Shown here: positions 32,241 to 40,935 of the stretch, piece after piece
Numbering within the stretch: the first letter of the stretch is position 1
Layout: each line of letters opens with the position of its first letter
Assembly: GCA_030550585.1 (NCBI GenBank)
Contig: JAUQPB010000003.1
Location: 36,333 to 100,332 of the forward strand
Direction of reading: 5' to 3'
Source: Thermoproteota archaeon
GTDB taxonomy: Archaea > Thermoproteota > Thermoprotei_A > Sulfolobales > Ignisphaeraceae
Length of the DNA: 64,000 bases
Translations under genes and position numbers: made by a program
The notes under the pieces: model-generated
What the model saw: the letters and a program-made list of their open reading frames with translations, nothing else
Told to the model about the DNA's origin: nothing
Databases searched by the model: none

Positions 32241-32860
32241 ATCAGCCTCAATATCTTGTATCCGTCGTAGTTCTCTACATCAACAATCTTATAGCTCAAA
32301 CTAGCTTTGTGCAGAGGACCCGACAAAACGATTGTGTGGTACTCCCCCTTTTCACCTAGAGGGTCAACACCAATACTCTTAGCATTCTCGGCAAATGCAT
32401 AAACATTGTCACGATCCAATACCACGCCAAGCCACTTGCCCAAACCATTTACACACCCTATAACCATAGGCTTTAGCCCATCTTCGATCTCCTTATAAAG
32501 AAGATCCTCTGGATCCATACCCCAAAGAGGCTCAACAAGAGCGGCACCAACCTCTTTAGCGATATTTTCCATATACCTGAGATGATCCTCAATATAAACA
32601 TCGCCGGCTATAAGAGTATCTACACCCAAACTCCTAAGAAACCCCACAGTCTCAACAAACTCCCTGCCCTTACCAAGCTTAACAACAGCCACCGGTATCC
32701 CCATCAAAAGAATTGTCTCAACAGTCTTCCCCAAATTAACTAGGTGGGGACTTGGCCTAGGAAAGTCGTATACCAGTACAAGCCCTATGTCAACTTGGAT
32801 TCCAGAACGATATATTGCATAGTAAGAGTCTTTACCACCCGAAAGAAAGGCTACATGCAA
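32237..32860 (-). CDS. Diphthine--ammonia ligase (Dph6/MJ0570)-like PP-loop ATPase
   Basis: FLSGGKDS, AGDVYIEDH, EPLW, DPLGEKGEYHT. Confidence 0.85.
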   Translation of the reverse strand: MHVAFLSGGKDSYYAIYRSGIQVDIGLVLVYDFPRPSPHLVNLGKTVETILLMGIPVAVVKLGKGREFVETVGFLRSLGVDTLIAGDVYIEDHLRYMENIAKEVGAALVEPLWGMDPEDLLYKEIEDGLKPMVIGCVNGLGKWLGVVLDRDNVYAFAENAKSIGVDPLGEKGEYHTIVLSGPLHKASLSYKIVDVENYDGYKILRLI

Positions 32861-32862
32861 TG

Positions 32863-33516
32863 CTAGTCACCTGATTTCTGGAAATGCTTCAATTTGAACT
32901 CCATGGTAACATTCTTAAGGACAGTCTTATGACATGTTGTTCTCGGGGGTAGCAATAGATTCTTTGATACAATTCTGTATATGTCATCTACTACAAGCTT
33001 TGGAGGTGCCAAACAAATATCGTGAGCTAGGCAGGTTTCAGGGTCAACGGGGGTCTTAGTTAAAGAGTTAAGTATTTTGTGAAACCCTAATTCTTTAATG
33101 GCGAGATAGAAGTCTATTCTGTCAATCCTTGCCTCAACCACTTCATAACCCATTTTAAAAATCAGCAAACCATCTCCTCTCTTAGCAGAAAACTCAGCTT
33201 CGCTAACTATTTTCTTCAAAAGTCTTTGATCCTTGTACCACCTAGAAGCTGTATACATCCAACCACCAACATCAGAAATGTCAGAGCTGTAGTCAGCTAA
33301 TACCACGGGTATGTGTCTTGCCCCAAGAATTTTCAGGGCACTGACTCTATGATGCCCATCGATAACTATATACCTTTTTTCATCAACTATAACAGGCTTT
33401 CTAAGGATCCCTGCCATCGAGAGTTCTCCCAAAATGTTTAGAAGCCTCTGTTTCTCCACATCTTCATGGGAAATAAGCATGTCTATGGGAACCATTTCGA
33501 TCCTTAGGCGACTCAA
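32863..33516 (-). CDS. ParB/Srx-fold protein, SerK/SbnI-like free amino-acid kinase
   Basis: ISHED, KPVIVD, VIDGHHRVSAL, and C-terminal LPPRTTCH resembling the SerK PKTTRH motif. Confidence 0.72.
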   Translation of the reverse strand: MSRLRIEMVPIDMLISHEDVEKQRLLNILGELSMAGILRKPVIVDEKRYIVIDGHHRVSALKILGARHIPVVLADYSSDISDVGGWMYTASRWYKDQRLLKKIVSEAEFSAKRGDGLLIFKMGYEVVEARIDRIDFYLAIKELGFHKILNSLTKTPVDPETCLAHDICLAPPKLVVDDIYRIVSKNLLLPPRTTCHKTVLKNVTMEFKLKHFQKSGD

Positions 33517-33548
33517 TACTTTTCACCATGTGCTACACAATATGTGGA

Positions 33549-34508
33549 CTACCTAGCCAGATATATAGTTATCGATAATACATTTATAATCAATATATAT
33601 GTAGCCACATTTAAAATGGCAAGCCCAAGAGCCCTCTTAATATCTCCCCCTGTTGGAAGAGGAAAACCCTCTCCTATTACATATGATCCTATCTTCTCGA
33701 GCCTCACAGATAGACAGCCAGAGGCTGCTGCCATTGGATGACCTGCATTAACACTTTCAGTAGCTCTTCTATATCTTTTGTATGTATCCCAGCTTCTTCT
33801 TATAGACCCTTTTACGATTGGGGATAGCAGTATTATGAGCAGGGCCTCTAGTCTTGCGGGAACGAAGTTTATGATTGTGTCTGCTTTTGCTGAGAACCAG
33901 CCCACATCTCTAAATTCCTCTTCTTTGTATCCGAGTGCAGAGTCGAGGGTGTTGGCTATTCTCTGTGTGAGTGCTCCTATAGGTCCGAGTATGAGGTAGT
34001 ATAGGAGTGGGGATATAAAGCCATCGACAAGACTCTCAAAAAGCGATTCTATTGCTGCTGATGCTATGTGTCCTTCGCCAAGGTTTTTGACCTCTCTTCT
34101 AACAATGTTTGAGACTTCTGTTCTTGCACATGTTAGATCTCCTTTGGCTAGACATATGTAGACGTTTTTGACGTGGTTGTATAGCAGTTTGAACGATGTG
34201 GAGACCTTGAGTATGTATGCTGAGAGAATGATCCAGGCAATTCTGCTAAACATATCCGCTATGTATAGCGCCAAAGAGTATAGAGCTACGTGGCTTGCAA
34301 CAACAGCAAACCATATAGCAATGCCCCAAAGCCTTGTTCTGGGAAGTGATCTATGTAACTTTAAAGCCATTGCATATGATGTGTGGACAGGGTGTATATA
34401 GTATAGAGCTCCCTCGTGCCTCGGATATGCAAGGTCTAGGGCCAGGGCTAGAAACAGTATGACTACAAATTCTGGGTAGCTCTGGGGAAGGAGAAAGTCT
34501 AGAGCCAT
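33549..34508 (-). CDS. cbiB: Adenosylcobinamide-phosphate synthase CbiB
   Basis: HPVH, AAIESLFESLVDGFISPLLY, ANTLDSALGY, SVNAGHPMAA. Start at ATG 34508 overlaps the cobS stop. Confidence 0.9.
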   Translation of the reverse strand: MALDFLLPQSYPEFVVILFLALALDLAYPRHEGALYYIHPVHTSYAMALKLHRSLPRTRLWGIAIWFAVVASHVALYSLALYIADMFSRIAWIILSAYILKVSTSFKLLYNHVKNVYICLAKGDLTCARTEVSNIVRREVKNLGEGHIASAAIESLFESLVDGFISPLLYYLILGPIGALTQRIANTLDSALGYKEEEFRDVGWFSAKADTIINFVPARLEALLIILLSPIVKGSIRRSWDTYKRYRRATESVNAGHPMAAASGCLSVRLEKIGSYVIGEGFPLPTGGDIKRALGLAILNVATYILIINVLSITIYLAR

Positions 34509-35287
34509 AGACTGGCACCCAGAACAAGAGCTGTTAGTATAGCTGCATAGCTCAGCTCGTTTGCAAATCCAAGGACATCTCCATTGGCATAGCCAAGGGT
34601 TTTCATACATAAAACAATTGTTGTATATGCAGAGATTGTTAGTGCTGCTAGCACTAGAATAGAGGTTGTAGCTCCTATGTAAATAGACAAGAAGGTTGCA
34701 TATGTTATCGAAAGCGATGCAAGTAAAGCGCCAACTATATCAACAGTCCTCAACCCTTTTCTAAAGAGTCTTCCCAACCCATCTGGAGGCTCCCTGCAAG
34801 CATATGCCACAACAGCCATTGTTATGGGAGACCACGTCTCGGCAACTAGAACAATTCTTGTCGCCTTCCATAGATCTGAAAGGTGAATGGCTTGTAGCGT
34901 TATTGAGTAGAGCCATAGTGCAAACAATGCAAATACTGCTATGGCGTAGGATCCTCTGAATCTATCCTTAACAACTTTGCTGGCATCAGCACCAAATCTG
35001 TGGGCTAGTACAGCCTCGGAGAAGTCTATGAATCCATCTGCGTGGATAAACCCTTGTATAATGTAGTGCATTGCCACTACGGAAAACGCTTGGATATACG
35101 GTGCATCAATGTGGAGCAAGGCTGAGAGTATTATTGGTGTAGCAGTGAAAACACCTCTGACAAAGCCTATAATGGGTAACATATAGAGGGATTCGAATGA
35201 GATCTCTGCCCCCAGATATCTTCGTGGAATTGGCAGCGAGGTTAGAAAAGCTAGTAGGGATAGAAAGTCTCTTAGCTTTTTAGCCAA
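34499..35287 (-). CDS. cobS: Cobalamin (5'-phosphate) synthase CobS
   Basis: AFLTSLP, GFIHADGFIDFSEA, DGLG, GYANGDVLG. Confidence 0.9.
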   Translation of the reverse strand: MAKKLRDFLSLLAFLTSLPIPRRYLGAEISFESLYMLPIIGFVRGVFTATPIILSALLHIDAPYIQAFSVVAMHYIIQGFIHADGFIDFSEAVLAHRFGADASKVVKDRFRGSYAIAVFALFALWLYSITLQAIHLSDLWKATRIVLVAETWSPITMAVVAYACREPPDGLGRLFRKGLRTVDIVGALLASLSITYATFLSIYIGATTSILVLAALTISAYTTIVLCMKTLGYANGDVLGFANELSYAAILTALVLGASLWL

Positions 35288-36338
35288 CGCCCATCACAAT
35301 CTTTAGTGCTTCGACAAGCTCATTGTTTTCTCTAGGGCTTCTAATAGCTATTCTAATGTAGTTTGAGTCCAATCCCCTGAAGCTACTACAGTCCCTCAGA
35401 GCCAGGCCCATCTCCCTAAGCTTCTCAACTATTTGTCTACCACCATCTATCTTGATTAGGAGAAAATTTGTGACGCTTTCAAAAACCTTTGCACCAAGTG
35501 ATTCAAGTATTTTTCTAACCCTCTCCCTCTCACTATCTATATACTCTCTAGATCTTTGAATAAAGCTCTTCAGCTCCTGCTCATACACAGAAATGTTTTT
35601 ACCCAAGCACTCAGCCAAGCTATTCACATTCCATGGCTGTCTCAAAGCCTCTACCCTCTCCAATAAATCTATGTCATTTGTGTATAGAAAGCCTAGTCTC
35701 AGGCCTGGAAGCGAAAGCCATTTCGTTAGCGATCTCACAACAACAATGTTTTTTGGTATTTCACCCCCAACTTCAATTGGGCATCTACTGCAAAGCTCTA
35801 TATAGGCCTCATCGACAAGGCTCCTAGCACTACAGTTGGATAGGTAGCTAAATAGTCTTTCTCTATCAATGTATAGCCCAAGGGGGTTACTAGGATTTGT
35901 TATCACTATCAACCCATCTCTATCGCTACAAGGCTTCTGCAAGTCTGAGAGGTCTATGTGGAACCCATCTGATGTTCTTCTATAGAATATAGGTCTATAT
36001 TCTAGGCCGAGAGCCTTTGAAAGATCTTCGTATTCGCCGTAGGAAGGCTCTAAAACGTATACCCTCCTCGCTTTTGAAGCGATTACAGCAAGGTTTATAG
36101 CCTCGCCAGCTCCTGCAGTTGGAACTATATACTCTTCTTTGCAACGATAGAACCTTGCTAGAGACCTCTTCAAATCTCTGTATGTGTAGTCGGGGTACTT
36201 CTCCAAAACCCTTTGGCTAAAGCATGTGGCAAGAATCTCTAAAACTGTTTTTGGTGGGCCAAGCGGATTTAGATTGGAGCTGAAGTCTATTCTAGCTTCT
36301 CTGTCCCCTCCATGGATCCGCATTGGCTTTTCGCCCAC
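35280..36338 (-). CDS. cobD: L-threonine-O-3-phosphate decarboxylase CobD (PLP)
   Basis: HGG, DFSSNLNPLG, NPSNP, VDEAY, RSLTKWLSLPGLRLG, LRDCSSF. Confidence 0.88.
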   Translation of the reverse strand: MGEKPMRIHGGDREARIDFSSNLNPLGPPKTVLEILATCFSQRVLEKYPDYTYRDLKRSLARFYRCKEEYIVPTAGAGEAINLAVIASKARRVYVLEPSYGEYEDLSKALGLEYRPIFYRRTSDGFHIDLSDLQKPCSDRDGLIVITNPSNPLGLYIDRERLFSYLSNCSARSLVDEAYIELCSRCPIEVGGEIPKNIVVVRSLTKWLSLPGLRLGFLYTNDIDLLERVEALRQPWNVNSLAECLGKNISVYEQELKSFIQRSREYIDSERERVRKILESLGAKVFESVTNFLLIKIDGGRQIVEKLREMGLALRDCSSFRGLDSNYIRIAIRSPRENNELVEALKIVMGVG

Positions 36339-36832
36339 AGCAAATCCTCTACAGTGTCTATATCTCTAAGCTCTTTCGATTCCTCAAAATATATGTTTTC
36401 CCAAGTGCCTTTAGATCTCCTGAAGAGGGATATTCCAGACTCTCTACACACACCATCTTTGCAGATAGCCAGCGTCACCACATCAGCTTTGGAGTTGGTT
36501 ACTTTGTCCAGAAAGCTTTTGACTGCATCAACTGTTAGGAAGGGTATGTCAGCTGGCAGAACCAGTACCGGGAACCTGGCTTTCTCTAGTATGTAAGCCA
36601 AGTCAGTGACATAGTCTATCCCTGGACACTCAACAACATCGACCTTTTTCAGAGATTTGATTAAGGGTACATCCTCGCTTCTGGCACACACAACAATCCT
36701 TCCATCGATGCCAAGGCTTAGGGCAACCTCTAACGAGACCTCGATTAGCTTTCTATTGCAAATCTCAAGAAAATATTTTTTAACACCTCCAAGCCTCGAG
36801 CCCTTGCCGCCAGCCATGATTATAACATCCAT
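36287..36832 (-). CDS. cobY: Adenosylcobinamide-phosphate guanylyltransferase CobY
   Basis: IMAGGKGSRLG, ADIPFL, DIDTVEDL; located in the cob operon. Confidence 0.82.
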   Translation of the reverse strand: MDVIIMAGGKGSRLGGVKKYFLEICNRKLIEVSLEVALSLGIDGRIVVCARSEDVPLIKSLKKVDVVECPGIDYVTDLAYILEKARFPVLVLPADIPFLTVDAVKSFLDKVTNSKADVVTLAICKDGVCRESGISLFRRSKGTWENIYFEESKELRDIDTVEDLLWAKSQCGSMEGTEKLE

Positions 36833-36858
36833 TGGAATCCCGCAAAAGCTTGCCTATA

Positions 36859-37947
36859 TCAATGGCTATTCAGATACTTGTCATATACCCTGCTAAGAAC
36901 ACTTCCAACGACTGCAGCAACAATGTCGTCTGTCATAGGTGGAAGATTTTCCAGCTCCTCGAAAACCCCTTCCTCTTTCAGTCTTTCTATCCAGTAGTAT
37001 GCTAAAAGCCCTTTGAACCCATTTACATACTCTGCAATTGCTTTGCCTATAAGCTCGTCAGCTATGATCTTGGGCGTGTCAACTCTATACTCCTCCTCGC
37101 TAATTCCCGGAAATAGGTTTAGTGCCATCAGCATCTCAGCCAACCTAGCACCCCTCACAACTATGCAGATATTCGGATCCTTGAAAACATCCTCAAACTC
37201 TCTTCTAAGAATCTTCTCCACCTCTCCACTACTGAGCATGGGTATTGGAGCCTTGTTGTAGGCCTTTACCGCAATCTTCAATATATCATCGATGGATCTG
37301 AGCCCAACACTATTCACAAAATACTCTATGCAGTTCGTACCCACTACAAATTTTGACAAAGCCTTTAGAGTGGCTACAGCAGCTGTGAAACCAACATCAG
37401 TTGCTATACCACCAAACCTTTCGCCACCCTGAGGAGCTGCAACCATTGTTGCATCAGATGCTGTTCCTATTGAAGGGGCTGTTAAACACATTGGGCCTGC
37501 CAAACCCATTGCCAACCCCTTTACCTCAGACACCAACCTGTAGAGATCGAGTAAACCAACCTCATCAAGAGGTTTATTGACAATAACGGCAACATTTATG
37601 GTTCCAACAGCCATCGCATTGCTCGGAATGTTAGCATCTATGCACGAAGGCTTATCAACTCCAAAGGTTACATAGACCTCTGCTATAACATCTCTAAAAA
37701 TGTGTGTTGCATGCCCATACTCCCTTACATCAACTGCTGTAAGAAATATTGTAGATTTTTCATAGTCTATGCCAACAGATTTTGCAGTGTCTTTGCAGTA
37801 CCCATCTAGATCAACATATTCGAAATCTTTTGGAACCCTTCTAAACACTATGTACCTAACATCCTTGTATATCTTTGGGCATCCAGCAGTCGACAAAACC
37901 TTGTATTCCTTCTCCAAATCGATGACCAGAGTGTCGCTGTTTCTCAT
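36859..37947 (-). CDS. cbiS: Bifunctional CbiZ amidohydrolase / CobZ alpha-ribazole phosphatase fusion (CbiS-type)
   Basis: N-half FLTAV, GTINV, GTASDA (CbiZ); C-half DPNI, ADELIGKAIAEYVNG, LPPMTDD (CobZ). Confidence 0.8.
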   Translation of the reverse strand: MRNSDTLVIDLEKEYKVLSTAGCPKIYKDVRYIVFRRVPKDFEYVDLDGYCKDTAKSVGIDYEKSTIFLTAVDVREYGHATHIFRDVIAEVYVTFGVDKPSCIDANIPSNAMAVGTINVAVIVNKPLDEVGLLDLYRLVSEVKGLAMGLAGPMCLTAPSIGTASDATMVAAPQGGERFGGIATDVGFTAAVATLKALSKFVVGTNCIEYFVNSVGLRSIDDILKIAVKAYNKAPIPMLSSGEVEKILRREFEDVFKDPNICIVVRGARLAEMLMALNLFPGISEEEYRVDTPKIIADELIGKAIAEYVNGFKGLLAYYWIERLKEEGVFEELENLPPMTDDIVAAVVGSVLSRVYDKYLNSH

Positions 37948-37964
37948 AAAGGCCTTAGCCGTAG

Positions 37965-39074
37965 CTATACCACCTTCACAATCCTCTCATACTCTCTATA
38001 CACAGCATGCTTAAGCTCATTAACATCAACACCTTTTAAAATGGCTAGAAGCGATGTACCTCCAGCCCCCACACCCTCTTTAACAAACCCGTCTTCATAT
38101 GCTCTAAGCCCATTGAATGGAGCGTCGCTAAAGTCTAGCTCGACATAGGCAAAGGTTATGTTAGGCACCACCATCTTTATGAACCTAGTTATCTCCGCCC
38201 CCCTGTCGCTGTATATCCATTTTGTGGTGGCTAAAACGAGTCTTTGCTCATCGAATCTAGGATCTATGGCTTTCATCAAGGCGAGTGCTGCGAGCATTTG
38301 GGTTCCACCAGCAAGAATAACAGTTGCTCTTGATTTCAGTGCTCCAAGGGCTAGACCAGCAATAGCTATGTGGACAGGGTCTCCAATAACATCATTTATT
38401 TTGAAGGGGTCTTCAGATTGTCCGAGCCTCTTCAGAGCCTCTTCAACAACAGCTTTTTTAATGTTTAGCGGATTTTCTTTTGCAGAGCTACTGATAATGT
38501 TATAGGCGTTGTATCCAAGTCCTTGTAGAATGGATAGAGCTGTTGTTGTTCCACCTGGAATGCTCTCCCCAATTAGCACGACACTGGCTATAGAGCCCAT
38601 TGCTCTGCCAACTAGAGTTGCCTCATCGAAAATTTTTCTCGATGTTCCATGGGACAACGCATCCTCTCTATCTATTCTACCCCCAACACAGCTACTTGAG
38701 AGGCTTATCAAAGGTATTCTAGGCTTTATGTAAGAGCCTGCATCAATAACCATGAAAGGTGTTTGAGAAAGCTGTAAGGCTGTTCTCGTTATTATAGCAG
38801 GTGTTGGTATGCCCGTTGGGGTTGTCGGTATGATGTCTATAGATACAGGCTTCCCAAAATAGAGATACTCCACATCGAGAGCAGGCGTAAACAGCGTTGC
38901 GATACTCATAGAGCCTGCTAGTGATATATTTGGAATTGTAGAGGTCATAGTGGATCCTATAACGTATAGCGCAATTGAAGAGCTTTGGAAAGCAGAGATG
39001 CTGTCTAGAGACCCTTGCAGAACCCTAATCCCCTTAACCATATGCGTCACACAAAAGGGTCTGGCTATAAACAT
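37965..39074 (-). CDS. cobT: Archaeal-type nicotinate-nucleotide:base phosphoribosyltransferase CobT
   Basis: TPALDVE, PTPAIIT, GESIPGGTTTA, LAGGTQM, YEDGFVKEGVGAGG. Confidence 0.9.
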   Translation of the reverse strand: MFIARPFCVTHMVKGIRVLQGSLDSISAFQSSSIALYVIGSTMTSTIPNISLAGSMSIATLFTPALDVEYLYFGKPVSIDIIPTTPTGIPTPAIITRTALQLSQTPFMVIDAGSYIKPRIPLISLSSSCVGGRIDREDALSHGTSRKIFDEATLVGRAMGSIASVVLIGESIPGGTTTALSILQGLGYNAYNIISSSAKENPLNIKKAVVEEALKRLGQSEDPFKINDVIGDPVHIAIAGLALGALKSRATVILAGGTQMLAALALMKAIDPRFDEQRLVLATTKWIYSDRGAEITRFIKMVVPNITFAYVELDFSDAPFNGLRAYEDGFVKEGVGAGGTSLLAILKGVDVNELKHAVYREYERIVKVV

Positions 39075-39097
39075 TTCATTAGTTGTCGCCTATAGTC

Positions 39098-39892
39098 TCA
39101 TATCTGAACCCCCTTTTCGAGGGGCTCCAATGGAATGACAATCTTCCTGCCATCAACATTTGCAATAGCTATTTTAACACCATAGACCTTCTCAAGAATA
39201 TCCTTCTTTAGAACCTCTTCAGGAGCTCCACAGGCAACCACCGACCCGCCATTCATCACTATTATCTTGTCTGCGTATAGAGAGGCCAGATAAATGTCGT
39301 GTATAGCTACAATAGCCACAATGTTATCTCTCTTTACAACAGATTTGATATAGTCTAGAACCTCTAGCCTATACCTCAAATCTAAGAAAGCTGAGGGCTC
39401 GTCTAAAAGCATAACCTTGGGCTCTTGGATAAGAGCCCTCGCAATTAAGACTCTCTGCAACTCGCCACTACTAAGCTGATCTAGTCTCCTATCGAGGAAC
39501 TGCTTTATGTTTAGCTGCCTTGAAACCTTTTCAACTATCTCAAGATCTTTTGTTGATATGGAGAAGCTTAGCATGTTTTGGTGGGGGTATCTAGCTGTTA
39601 GGAGAAACTCTAGAACTGTTGAGGGTATGGATCTAGATATGTGTGGGTCTACATAGGAGAGAAGCCTGCTTATATCTTTGGGCGACAAACTCGAAACAGC
39701 TTTTCCATCGATATAAACAACACCTTTTCTAGGCTTTACAACAGATGCTATTGTCTTTAGAAGAGTTGTTTTACCCGCTCCGTTAGGACCTATAACAAAT
39801 GCTAGTTCGCCAGAGGATATGGACAAGGTTACTCTATCCAGAGCCTTCACAGAGTTGTACCAAACTTCAACATCTTCAACAACTATCTTCAT
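39098..39892 (-). CDS. btuD: Corrinoid ABC transporter ATPase (BtuD-like)
   Basis: GPNGAGKT, LSSGELQRV, LLDEP; FepC/BtuD type, in the cob operon. Confidence 0.85.
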   Translation of the reverse strand: MKIVVEDVEVWYNSVKALDRVTLSISSGELAFVIGPNGAGKTTLLKTIASVVKPRKGVVYIDGKAVSSLSPKDISRLLSYVDPHISRSIPSTVLEFLLTARYPHQNMLSFSISTKDLEIVEKVSRQLNIKQFLDRRLDQLSSGELQRVLIARALIQEPKVMLLDEPSAFLDLRYRLEVLDYIKSVVKRDNIVAIVAIHDIYLASLYADKIIVMNGGSVVACGAPEEVLKKDILEKVYGVKIAIANVDGRKIVIPLEPLEKGVQI

Positions 39893-40932
39893 TGTCTCAT
39901 CCTCTTGGCTATTAGATAGGCGAGAAAAGGTGCTCCTATAATCGATGTTACAACGCCTAGGGGGAGCTCCCCAACAGCACCACTATACATAGAAACCAAT
40001 CTGACAACAATATCTGCAAATGTTGTTAGAATCCCCCCGACAAGAGCTGTTATTGGTATGGAGAATCTGTGGTCAGAGCCCACAAAGAACCTTGCTATGT
40101 GGGGTGCTGCAAGACCAACAAAACCTACGATGCCTATGAAGGCTATTGTAATGGCTGTTAAGAGAGATGCTATACCTGTTGATATTAGGGATATGAGTTT
40201 TGGGTTAAAGCCAAGCTGCTTCGCATAGTCATCGCCGTATAGATATGCGTTCAATGGTTTGAATAGAGCTATCGAGAATATTAGCAATGCTATGGTCGGA
40301 TAAGCTATGAACGCTATATCTCTGTACAACACAGTGTTTGTAGAGCCCATCAAGAAGTACACAATTGGTGTTCCAATAACCCTTTGAACTATGTACAGAA
40401 GAACATGTGAAACACCTGAGAATAGAGATGCCACAGCTATGCCTGCTAGAACCAGCGCCAGGCTACCCCCTCCAGCCAGTTTTGCAAGCATCATTGTCAT
40501 GAAATAGCCTAGTAGAGCCCCTATAAACGCCACCACCACAAGGTTATATCTGTAAACAGCTGTTGATGGAGATAATATAATTGTTAGCGAGATAGCTGTG
40601 AGTGCAGTTGATGAAAGGCCAAATATGTATGGGTCTGCCAAGGGGTTTCTAGTGGTGGTCTGCATAAGAATGCCTGCTATGGATAGGGCAACACCGCAGA
40701 AGAAAGAGGCTACAGTTCTAGAAACTCTTAGCATAGCCACTAAACGAACGCTGCTATCGCTAGTTGCCATGCCAAAGGGGCTTAGAAAAACTGTTTTGAA
40801 AATCTCCTTGGGATCCAGCATCGAAGGGCCTATAGATAGAGATGCGATTGTTATGGCCATGGATAGAACTATGAGTGTAAAAAGCGAAATTAAAAAATGT
40901 TTTACCTTTCTTTTGTAGAGCTCTAAAGCCAT
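39889..40932 (-). CDS. btuC: Corrinoid ABC transporter permease (BtuC/FecCD)
   Basis: RNPLADPYIFG, GIVGFVGLAAPHIAR, ELPLGVVTSIIGAP. Confidence 0.87.
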   Translation of the reverse strand: MALELYKRKVKHFLISLFTLIVLSMAITIASLSIGPSMLDPKEIFKTVFLSPFGMATSDSSVRLVAMLRVSRTVASFFCGVALSIAGILMQTTTRNPLADPYIFGLSSTALTAISLTIILSPSTAVYRYNLVVVAFIGALLGYFMTMMLAKLAGGGSLALVLAGIAVASLFSGVSHVLLYIVQRVIGTPIVYFLMGSTNTVLYRDIAFIAYPTIALLIFSIALFKPLNAYLYGDDYAKQLGFNPKLISLISTGIASLLTAITIAFIGIVGFVGLAAPHIARFFVGSDHRFSIPITALVGGILTTFADIVVRLVSMYSGAVGELPLGVVTSIIGAPFLAYLIAKRMRQ

Positions 40933-40935
40933 GTT

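Noticed and set aside
32863-33516. ParB gene as evidence of a plasmid or partition system
   Set aside because: No HTH, ParA or replicon features; SerK-like C-terminus and metabolic operon context.
34509-34610. Cys-rich N-terminal extension of CbiB
   Set aside because: It is an alternative frame inside cobS; the coupled ATG at 34508 is the likelier start.
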